Notes under the pieces: generated by a model
The model's input: only the letters and a program-made list of their open reading frames with translations
Told to the model about the DNA's origin: nothing
Database searches by the model: none
Made by a program: the position numbers and the translations under genes
Part shown: piece after piece, positions 24,501-36,500 of the stretch
Layout of the letters: each line of letters starts with the position of its first letter
Numbering within the stretch: position 1 is the stretch's first letter
From: Mustelus asterias
Taxonomy: Eukaryota
DNA: 64,000 nucleotides
Direction of reading: 5' to 3'
Assembly (NCBI RefSeq): GCF_964213995.1
Contig: NC_135817.1
Location: forward strand, 38,750,001-38,814,000

Positions 24501-27500
24501 ATCATCTTCGTCACTTCCTCGAAAAACTCGATCAAGTTTGTGAGACACGACCTCCCCTTCACAAAACCATGTTGCCTCTCACTAATATGTACACTTATTT
24601 CCAAGTGGGAATAAATCCTGTCTCAAAGAATCCTCTCCAATAATTTCCCTACCACTGATGTAAGGCTCACCGGCCTGTAATTACCTGGATTATTCTTGCT
24701 ACCCTTCTTAAACAAAGGAACACCATTGGCTATTCTCCAATCCTCTGGGACCTCCCCTGTAGCCAGTGAGGATACAAAGATTTATCTCAAGGCCCCAGCA
24801 ATTTGCTCCCTTGCCTCTCTCAGTATTTTGGGTATATCCCATCAGGCCCTGGGGACTTGTATACCTTAATGTTTCTCAAGAACTCCAATACCTCCTCCTT
24901 TTTGATCTCAACATGACTCAAACTATCTACACACCCTTCCCCAGATTCATCATCCACCAAGTCCTTTTCTTTGGTGAATACTGACACAAAGTACTCATTT
25001 AACACCTCGCCCATTTCCTCTGGCTCCACGCATAGATTCCCTCCCCTGTCCTTGAGTGGGCCAACCCTCTCCCTGGCTACCCTCTTGCTCTTTATATATG
25101 TATGGCCCATATTCTGCCGACTGCGAACATACAAAAGGATGTCTGTTTGATATGATTCACCGCCAGTCGTTGGGACATATGGCCTACATACCTCGCATTG
25201 CATTAGTACTGAAGCTCATTCACCACATTATTCATTTCTGTGGTAGGTAGCCATGTTTTTGGCTTGAAGGCAGCATCCTGTTAATGAAAATTACCACTCA
25301 TATTGCTACGGCATTATAGCAGCGTGAAACGGATCGCTTAACCTGTTGCTCAAAGTTTGATATACCTTGAGCTTCCTGGGTAATTTGAAGTAAGCTGTCA
25401 AGCATTGATTTAAAATGATGTATAGGACAAGCATTGATCTAATCAAGTGAGCTATTATCATGCAGGATAGCTTTGATGCACCCTATTTCAGTCTCAAGCT
25501 TGCACTGAGCAAATGGCTCGGGCCTATTTACGAGGACCACTAAGCACACAGCCCTGCTTGAAAGCAAGTAACAAAATTATTTTAACCTTGCGTGTAACTA
25601 GCTGCCGTGTGATTTGTTCTGATGGTTCACTGCGTCTATGTTAGGGCTGCCCAAGACACGCAAAAGCGGTGTCCAATTATGCCCCATTTTATCTTGAAAG
25701 CAAGTAACAAAATTGTTTTAGACTTGAGAGTAACCAGCTGCCATGTGGCATATATGATTTGTTCTCTCAGTTCATTGCGTCTATGTTAGGTCTGCCCAAG
25801 ACACGGAAAAGTGATGTCCAATTATGCCCCATTTTATCTTATTGACTGGCATAACATGAATTGGTCAAATGGTTGAGCGAGTTAACAAAGAAAGAACAAA
25901 GTACAGCACAGGAACAGGCCCTTCAGCCCTCCAAGCCTGTGCCAAATATGATGCCCTAACTTAAAAAAAACTTCTGCCCTTACTCGGTCTGTATCCCTCT
26001 ATTTCCTTCCTATTCATGTACCCATCCACATGCTTAAATGTTGCTCATGTGCCTGCTTCCAATATACCTTCTGGTAGCACGTTCCAGGCACCCGCCACAT
26101 CTCCCTTAAACTTTCCCCCTCTCACCCGTGCCCCCTTGTAAATGACACTTCCACCCTGGGAAAAAGCTTCTGACTATGCACCCTGCCTGTGCCTCTCAAT
26201 CTTGTAGACCTCTATTAGATCTCCCCTCAGCCTCAATCTTTCCAGTGAAAACAATCCTAGTTTATTCAACCTCTCCTTATAGCCAGCACCCTCAAGACTA
26301 GGCAACATCCTTCTTTGTACTCTGTCCATAGCTTCCATGTCCTTCTGGTGACTAGAACTGCACGCAATACTCCAATTGCGGCCTAACCATGGTTTTATGT
26401 AGCTGCAATATGATTTCTCAACTCCTGTACTCAATGTCCTGGCTGACGAAGGCGAGCATGCCATATGCCTTCTTAATTACGTTGGCCACCTGAGTTGTCA
26501 TTTTTAGTAAACTGTGGACCTGAACGCCCAGATCCCTCTGTATGTTAATGTCCCGATGGGTTCTGCCATTTATCGTGTAATTCACACCTAAATTTGATCC
26601 ACCAAAATGCATTACCTTGCATTTTTCCAGATTAAATTCCACCTGCCATTTCTGTGCCCAAGTCTCCAATCTATATCCTGTTTTATCCTCTGACAATCCC
26701 CGGCACTATTGGCAACTCCACCAATCTTCGTGTCATCCGCAAACTTACTAATCAGACCACCCACATTCTCCTTCAGATCATTTATATATACTACAAACAA
26801 GAGGTCCCAGCACTGATCCCTGTGGAACACCACCAGCTAAAGATCTCCATTCTGAAAAACACCCGTCCAACGCTACTGTCTTGCATAACCAAACCAGTTC
26901 TGCATCCATCTAGCCAGCCCACCCCGAATTCCATGTGATTTTAGTTTTTGTACCAGTCTGCCATGTGATACATTGTCAAACACCTTACTAAAGTCCAGAA
27001 AACTACACCCACAGCCCTTCCCTCATCAATTTTGTCACCTCTTGAAAAAACTCAGTTATCAACAGTTGAGTAGCTTTTTCCACAGATACGGTGAAAAATT
27101 CCTTCATTTTGTGAAGACTATTTAAGGCCTGCATATCAATAGCAATGCAGTATCCATGTGCTCATTTGATAGTGAGCCTTTTCACTATTGTACTGTTCAA
27201 GAAAATCGTATACACTTGCGCCACATCACGGCAATCTAGACATGCTACCATTTTCTGAATTTGTATTCATTGAAGTTATGAACTTAGCAACTCTATCACA
27301 GCTTTAATGATACCAGGTATACTCAAATACATGGGTGTTGCCATGAGATCTCTCTAGATCATGGTCTCACTGACACTTTTGTCAGTTTCCGCAAGAAACG
27401 TGTTTTTAATGGCTGAGAAATCTGCAAATGGGTTCTTTACTATAGTGTACCGCAAGGTTACCATCACTGGTCAATATGCCTAGGATTCCTACAATTCCAC

Positions 27501-30500
27501 CTGCACAAGATTGGCCTCATCAGCAACCTCATAAATAGGGCACGAGCCATTTGCTCAGCATGCAAGCTTGATGCAAAAATAAGGCACATCAAGGCTATCC
27601 TGTAGCATAATGGCTACCCCGATTAGATCATTGCTTCGTAAACTGACAAATGAGCGTGAAGCCATTGCTCGAGTGTTGAGTCTACTTGAAATTACTGTGG
27701 TAGAGGAAGGTACCTAAAAAGAATCTGAGCAATAGGTGAAACTAGCCGCTTCACTCTACTACTATGTAATAGCAACATAACTGATATTTTCCATTAACAG
27801 ATGCTACTTTCAAGCCAAAAAACGTTCAGCTCATCACAAAATGAGGAAACATGGTATATGAATTTCAGTACTGGTGCAATGCCAGGGACGCAGGCTGTCT
27901 GTTCCAACAACTGGCAGATCATATCAATCAACAGGTCCCTTCGGCTGTTTGCAAATAGAGTGTTGACTATACGGCACGGTAGCACAGTGGTTAGCACTGC
28001 TGCTTCACAGCTCCAGGGTCCTGGGTTCGATTCCCGGCTCGGGTCACTGTCTGTGTGGAGTTTGCACATTCTCCTCGTGTCTGCGTGGGTTTCCTCCGGG
28101 TGCTCCGGTTTCCTCCCACAGTCCAAAGATGTGCGGGTTAGGTTGATTGGCCAGGTTAAAAAAAATTGCCCCTTAGAGTCCTGGGATGCGTAGGTTAGAG
28201 GGATTAGCGGGTAAAATATGTGGGGGTAGGGCCTGGGTGGGATTGTGGTCGGTGCAGACTCGATGGGCCGAATGGCCTCCTTCTGCACTGTAGGGTTTCT
28301 ATGATTCTATGATTCTATACTCAACCAGCCTGTGCTTGCAAAACACAAAATGTGCAACATTAAATGTGATTTGCGAATGGACAACACTTCCTGAAGAATC
28401 CTAAGTGCACTATGAATCACACCAACAACCAATTTAAGATTATCATTTGGCTTGCAATGTGGCACACTTACTTGTTAGAAACTACATATATTCATATACA
28501 GGGATATGTCCTCTGAAACAAAGAACCTGTCCAGGCATTGCAACTTTTTGAATTTAAAAAAAGCATGGGATGGCGGCGGGGGGGGGAATAAACACCTCGC
28601 CCGGATTTAACTTGCTCAACCAATCAGCATCCTCTTCTCATGCAGTAAAAATTATTGCTTCCTTTGAAATGTGGCATTCTTATGTCTGTCTTCATGAGTG
28701 TAAGACAAAAAGCTTCAACAGCATGTCCCTTTTTTTAGCAGTGTAATTCTTCTATGATTCCGAGCACAATACAAAATTAACAAAGTCTGTCAATTCCAAT
28801 TTCTATATTAGTCTGCACCATCAGAAACAGTAACAGTTTGAAAAGATCTCCCTTCAGATCTCTCTGCATTATAACCATTCTTGTGGGCAAATAAGATAGT
28901 TCCACCAAGGTGCTTGCTAAATTCAGCCGAGATGCTTGTGGTCATTTAAAGCTGCCTGGGCAATTTGGCATTTAGTTTTCCTTCATTGTTGAAAAGTGCC
29001 AGGTCTGGAGCTGGCACTTACGAGCTGTGAACTATGGGCCATAGCTTACATTTCATGAACTTTGGTACACCTGGAATACAGTCATTATTTTGAAAGTGCT
29101 CAATTTTTATACTTGCAATATAATAGGCTTTTAGCTACAACATTGCTTTTTAAAGGAAAGGAACTTCAGTTTTTCTTTTCAATTATCTTTAACACCAAGA
29201 AGTAACACTCCATTTCTGCACAAAATGTTGATTTTCTTTTCTTCCCAATGATCTTCAAAAATGTGTTATACGTGATTATTCTCAGTGGGATGCTTCGGAC
29301 AGAATCAATTTGGAAACCATTAAAACAAATTTATAAAACTTATTAGGAAGTTTAATTTTCAAGGTGTACAAAAATGTTAACTTCCAAAATTTCCTTCAAA
29401 TGTTTTAATACTTTTGCCATTTTATTTACTCACCGCCAATGTTTCTCTACTCTTCGGCTAAGGGCAATCTTTTCACCAACTTCTGTACACACTGGATTTG
29501 TGAGGACTATCTTCCCCAAGTCAGCCTTTACAGCACTGACTCTTCCTCCAGTAGAAAGGGATCCTATATTTACCATTAACACCTCATTTTTGGATAGTTT
29601 TTGTACCTAGAGGGGAAAAAAAAACACTTCTACGTTAAAATGCACAATAGTTTGTCACCTATTTGATAACTAAATGAAATTCCACTATTAAAATACACAT
29701 ACATGGTCCAACAGTCAATAATCTATTTGCACTTTAAATACAAAATCATAGGATACTGAACGAAATGTTCATTTTAACTACTGCAATGGAACAAGAACTA
29801 CCACTGCATTATTTATTTGTACCTCCACTGAGTTCGAGTTCTAGACATTTTTATCAATCAAATCACATTTAATTTTCTGAACTTCATATACTAAGTTTGA
29901 GCAGTTTGATATATTCAGAATGTATTCTCCCAAACTGTGTGTTTTTATTACAGATATTCTATTTCAAAATGTGGAATATAAGAACATAAGAAATAGGAGG
30001 AGTAGGCCATCTGGCCCTTCGAGCCTGCCCCGCCATTCAACAAGATCATGGCTGATCTGAAGCGATCCGTGCACAACGGAACCGTGCACAACATTGAACT
30101 CACCTTTGCTGCTTTCTTGTCTCCTTCTGTACGTACACCCAGCAATCGCCTGAGAAGAAAATAAGAGATTTCCAGCTCTGTGAAGATTTCTGGGAGAGCT
30201 CCCACAGCACCAAGCACCTGTCCCACCATACGATCGGCACGGCACAGAGTTGGGTCAATTTTTGTTCCAACACCTAAAATAAAGAGTAACTAATATTGAA
30301 CACTTTTTCATCTTGCTGGAGTTTTCCATTTCTAGTTATGAGTTACTTTGAGAACTCAAGTGAAGCATTTCCCCATGAGATTACTTTCTGGCCCCCAATC
30401 TATGGGAAAACATGCCTGCCAAATATGGTTGATTACCCATCGGTCTGAAGTAGCTTCTGGAGACGTTCAACGGAAATGCAATTCTTTCCAGTTTCTTAGT

Positions 30501-33500
30501 TGTATTTAATCAAGACCAAAGAGATGAATGGTTGAAGAAATATATTTAAGTTTTATTGGAGCATTTACCAGTATCCAATACTGAGGAATGTGAATAGTCA
30601 ACCCTTTAAAAAGGCATTCATGAGTCCTGATTCAATTTAAACCATTGAGAAATTTGTGGCTACCGTACAGTTGACTGCAACAATAGTTGACAATGTTCAG
30701 TGTAATAGATACAAAACTAAAACCTGACTCCTCTGTAGTTAAACTGTCAATATTCCATTGTAAATTGGTTAGGCCACAACATGCTTTTAACAGATGTTCA
30801 ATACTGTGTGGAGATTAATCAATTGCAATATGGGGGAATCGTCTCAATCTTAACAATCCCACTTCAAACAACAGGAAGGAGTATTACAGTTTAACCAGAC
30901 AAACTAATAATTGTACAGATTCTAAGACACTTCTAAACATCAAAAAGCTCAACTAGCAGTATTATTCTAGTTTGTAGTTTTAAAATAAATCGGCCCTCCA
31001 ATTTTTAAGTTTTATTTCACTGAACTGAAAACCTTGAATCAAATCAGCTTAAAGAACAAAATATTTCTAATCAGATAACTTTTGGCTTAATCAGCACATA
31101 ATTTAATGATAAATAATGAACACCAAAAGTTTTTTTTATTAAGCATAATAAAGATTAAAGGCGAATCAATACTATATAATTGCAAAATGTTCACCGCCAT
31201 ACATGGTGAATGACCTTGTGGATGATATCAGCAATGTGCTAACATTGACACTTACAGGATTTTCATCAGGTAAAACCTCAAAATGGAGAGGCTTAAGTGA
31301 AACATCCTCCTTACCAATAAGGCCACCGGGTACAGCAAACTGGAGGTCATTATGTTCTGCAAAGAGTGACACAATCTTTGAAAAGATGGGTTTGCACATA
31401 AGCTTCCCTTCATGGTCTTTTGACACAATACCAGGCCGAACTTCAAGTTCCTGTCCTACCTGTAGAAAGAACATATGAAATCCTGCAGACTTTGGTGTAT
31501 AAATTAAATTACATTATACATTATTACTAGACTTGTATTGTCAAAGCTGTGCTGTCAGACAGATTTTGCTCAGAACACTTTTTATGCCAACTTCTATCTA
31601 ACTATCTAACTTCTAAACAGATGATAATGGATAGGCAATGGCAAACATTCAAGGAACGCATGGGGGAACTGCAGCAACTGTTTATTCCTGTTTGGCACAA
31701 AAGCAAAATGGGTAAGAAGGCCAATCCATGGCTTACAAAGAGAATTAGACCTAGCATCCGATCCAAGGAAGAAGCATACAGATTGGCCAAGAAAAATAAT
31801 AGGTTTGAGGATTGGGAGTAATTTAGAATTCAGCAAAGGAGGACCAAGGGATTGATTAAGAAGGGAAAAATACAGCATGAAAGTAAGCTTACAGGGAACA
31901 TAAAGACTGACACTAAGAGTTTCTATAGATACATGAAGAGAAAGAGGTTGAAGACAAATATAGGTCCCCTACAGATAGAAACGGGGGAATGTATAATATG
32001 GGGACAAAGAAGTGGCTGAGTAACTGAATACATACTTTAGTTCTGTCTTCACAAAAGAGAATACAAATCAGATACCAGAAATGTTGGAGAATGCAAGATT
32101 TAGTGACAGGGAAGAACTGAAGGAGATCAATATTCGTAGAGAAATGGTGCCGAGAAAACTGATGAGATTGAAGGCGGATAAATCCCCAGGGCCTGATAAT
32201 CTACATCCCAGAGTACTTAAGGAAGTGACTCTAGAATGCATTGGTGGTCATCTTCCAGGATTCTATAGGCTCTGGAACAGTCTCTGCAGATTGGAGGGTA
32301 GCGAATGTCACTCCAATATTCAAAAAGGGAGGAAGAGAGAAAACAGTGAATTATAGACAGTAAGCCTAACATGGGTAGTGGGGAAATAATCGAATCCATT
32401 ATTAAGGACTTTAAGCAGAGCATTTAGAAAGCAGTGGCAGGATCAGACAGAGTCAGCATAGATTTATGAAAGAGAAATCATACTTGACAAATCTGTTGGA
32501 ATTCTTTGAAGATGTAACTAGTAGAGTTGACAAGGGGGAACCAGTCGATGTGGTATATTTGGACTTTCAGAAAATGTTTGATAAAGTCCCGCATAAGAGA
32601 TTATCGTGTAAGAGGAATATTTGGGGCAAATGGGATTAAAGGTTATGGGGAGAAAGCAGGATTAGGCTATTGAGTTGGAAGATCAGCCATGATCGTGATG
32701 AATGGCGGAGCAGGCTCCAAGGGCCAAATGGCCTCCTCCTGCTCCTATCTTCTATGTTTCTATTCCTTAAAAGGCGGAAACCTCAGTAGGGCAAACTTTA
32801 CAAGAGATTTAATACAATTTTAATAGGCCATATTTCCGTATAATGGCTCCATAGTGGAGAAGGGCCCTCAACTAACTTCCATACATGCACTTGTGACTAG
32901 ACCTCTGGATAGGGGTCATGAAACAACTTAATCAGTCCCTTCCCTACATCTCGGGCACATCAAGGCACCCTCGTGGTATTTGAACTCTAAGCTTCATGCC
33001 AACTGAGTCAGGGTTTACATTGTATTATCAAGAAGACCACTCCAAATTAAATCCCATGGCAAGATTTGAACACAGTAAGAAGTCTCACAACACCAGGTTA
33101 AAGTCCAACAGGTTTATTTGGTAGCAAAAACCACTAGCTTTCGGAGCGCTGCTCCTTCGTCAGGTAAGTGGGAGTTCTGTTCACAAACAGGGCATATAAA
33201 GACACAAACTCAATTTACAAAATAATAAGATTTGAACCCATGGCCCCACAGCATTAGACTGGGCTTCTGGATCATTAGTTCAGTCTGAGGTGGACTAGAT
33301 GGCATTGACTTCCCAAATTTCAAAGGTGAAAACATGTAAAGATTCTTAAGAATGATACCAGAAATGCAGGGTTATAGTTATGAAGAAATATTCAATTTCT
33401 TTTACCCTCCAGAATGGTAGTGGACAATTAATCAGCTAATTGGAAGAGGAAGTTCCACAAATGTCCCCATCCTTGATCACTGGGGAGCCCAACACATCAC

Positions 33501-36500
33501 TGCAAAAGCATTTGCAACCATCTTCAGCTAAAAGTGCTGCGTGGAGGACCCATCTTGGTGTCCTCTCGAGGGCTCAAGTATCACAGATGCCAGTATTTAA
33601 CTAATTTGTTTTACTTCACATGATATCAAGAAATGACTGAAGGCACCAGATCCCGCAAAGGCTATGGGCCCTGACAACATTCTGGCAATAGCACTGAAGA
33701 CTCGTGCTCCTTAACTAGCCATGCCCCGAGTCAAGCTGTTCAGTATAGCCACAACACTGGAAAATTGCCCATGTATATCCGGTCCAAAAAAAGCAGAACA
33801 AATCTAATCCAGCCAATTACCACCCCATCTATTTACTCTTGGTCACCAGTAACGTAATGGAAGGTGTTCCTCGCCACTCAGCTCTTGACTTCATGACTGC
33901 TTTGGTCCAAACATGGAAAAATGGAGCTGAACTCCACAGGTGAGGTGAGAGTGACTACCCTGACCTACCTACCTAATCCCATTTACCAACATTTGGCCCA
34001 TAGTGTTGAATGTTATGTTATTTGCCAAGTGCTCATCCAGGTACTTTTAAAGGATGTGAGGCAACCGACCTCTACCACTTAACCTGCACATCTTTGGGCT
34101 GTGGGAGAAAACCGGAGCACCAAGTGGAGGAAACCCATGCAGATACGAGGAGAATGTGCAAACTCCACACAGTCACCCAAGGCCGGAATCGAACCCGGGT
34201 CCCTGAAGCTCTGAGACAGCAGTGCTAATGGCTGTGCCACACCCAAAGTGGCTTTACAGATTTTAAAATTGTCCAAATGATTGGCTGGACTGGTTTTAAT
34301 AATCTTGGAAAGAGATTTTCCACACTACTTTATTTCCTTATTGTCCCTTTGTTTTCATGCCCCTCCAAACAAAATTACATGGCTGGAGAAGTGGGATTTG
34401 GAAATATCTCGTTATGATTCTCCAGATCAGGAGAATGGAGCAAGCTTGATACACCAAATGGTCTTTTCTTCTCTTCTATTTCTGTATGTTGATAAAAGGG
34501 AGTAAACCGAAGTTGGAGGGTGCATCATCAAAACCAATCAAGACATATTCACTACTGAAACCGGAGCATTTGGAGGAATCCCATGCAGACACAGGGAGAA
34601 GTGCAAACTTCACACAGTCACCCAAGGCTGGAATCGGACCCGGGTCCCTGGAGCTGTTAGGCAGCAATGCTAACTATGCCACCAAAAGTGATTTCACACA
34701 TTTTAAAATCGTTCAAAATGATCAGCTCGACTGGTTTTTAAATCATCCATTCAACTCATAGAATCCCTGGTCGCCCCATTGGGTCTGCACCAACTCTGTC
34801 TGACAGAGTACCGTATCTAGGTCTTTCCCCTGCTCTATCCCTGTAACCCCCAAATATTTACCATGGCTAATCCAACTAAATTCCGTATCTTGGGATACTA
34901 AGGAACAACTTAGCATGGCCAATCCACCTAACCTGCACAGCTTTGGACTGTGGGAAGAAACCGGAGCACCCTGAGGAAACCCACACAAACACAGCGAGAA
35001 TGTGCAAACTCCTGGAACAAGCTAAATGTTATCACAAAACCAAGGAGCGTATCATTTTTTAAAAAAGTTCTATATTTAGTGTTGCATTTCGCATAAACCA
35101 TCACTTAAAATACTGAGTCTTCAAAAGCATGACTGGTACTGCACAATGGTCAGCTGAGCAAGCAGCACAAGGCTTCTTCTGATAAGGAGATGCAGCAACT
35201 AAAAGCTCATTACTGCCACTAGCAGGAATTTGGGGGTACTGGAGACATTTGAAATGCACAAGTTAGTTTATAATAGAGGAATTGAAAACTAAAAATTTTA
35301 TTAAGTTACAGCAACAAATAAATGGGTTCCATACCTATACAACTAATTGAACTCGTCAAGTGATCATTATTCCAAAACCCATCTGAGATGACCACAATCT
35401 CACTCCACCCCAATCCCGTTACTTTGATGAATATTTTATACCTTAAGCACTCCTTTCAGAATGCTGCCACCAGCCACACCACCTTTTAAATCATCTACTT
35501 CACAGCCAGGCTTGTTGACATCAAAGGATCGAATAACTGCATTAATACAAAGAAAAATGTAAAAGGAAATTAAGAATGCAACTTGCCTCAGCACCCCTCA
35601 GGACCAAGAGAAAAAGGAATAAAGTTTAAAAGCTTATTTATAGTGTCACAAATAGGCTTACATTAACACTGCAATGAAGTTACCATGAAAATCCCTGAGT
35701 CGCCACACTCTGACGCCTGCTCAGGTACACTCAGGGAGAATTTAGCATGGCCAGTGCACCTTACCAGCACGTCTTTCAGACTGTGGGAGGAAACCGGAAC
35801 ACCCGGAGGAATCCCACACAGGCACATGGAGAACATGCAGACTCTGCACAGACAGTGATCTGAGCTGGAATCGAACCCTGGTCCCTGGCACTGAGACAGC
35901 AGTGCTAACCACTGTGCCACAAATGCCCAGGATTCCAAAGATACTCAATGGAAATTAACAAAGATTGGCTAAATCCAGTATCTGATATTTAAGCAATGCT
36001 TTAATAAAATGCCACCAAGGTGAAAACAGTGAGCAGCAAAGAAAGAGAAGTTAAGAAAAATGACTAAGGCATCCAGGTTTAATTTTGAGGAACCTTTAAA
36101 AAGAAATAGTAACAAAACAAAAGGTTTAGACTAAGCATGTAAGAGTGTATTGCTAAAACAGCTAAAGGCTGTGAGACTAAAGGTCATAGTGGCAATGGCA
36201 GTGGAAAAGAAACCCAAATCAGAAGAGTAATGGGCACATACTGGAATGTCCCTATCTTCTGAATTCTTCTAAGTTGTTGTACACCCTCATACTAACTTAA
36301 CTGGGATATCTACTGTAAAAATGATTAGTGAGATAAATTTTCTGATCAAAGGAATATCTATGTTAATCTATTACCAGGATCATATATCTTCAAAACGAAA
36401 TCTAGCGCTTTTAGCAGAAGATTGTTTTTAAATTACCATTAGTAGTCCAGACCACCTAACTGCTATAGCTGAAGACCAGCTCAAACAGGAAAATAATGGA

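Larger units (their letters stand above)
21880..28760. mobile_element. old inverted Penelope-like element (minus arm ~21880-25540, plus arm ~25545-28760) with nested insertions
   Basis: The plus arm encodes RT-like [18 protein letters not shown] and MCSFD, and GIY-YIG-like [11 protein letters not shown]...[11 protein letters not shown]. The minus arm encodes [13 protein letters not shown]. The two arms are diverged reverse complements. Confidence 0.75.

Noticed and set aside
27973-28050. SINE heads as functional tRNA genes
   Set aside because: They have A/B boxes but continue into the V-domain and a LINE-like tail and occur in many diverged copies.
30366-30479. Imperfect hairpin ~90 nt upstream of the exon 10 acceptor as an intronic snoRNA
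   Set aside because: No properly placed C/D or H/ACA boxes on the sense strand; the stem is short enough to be chance.
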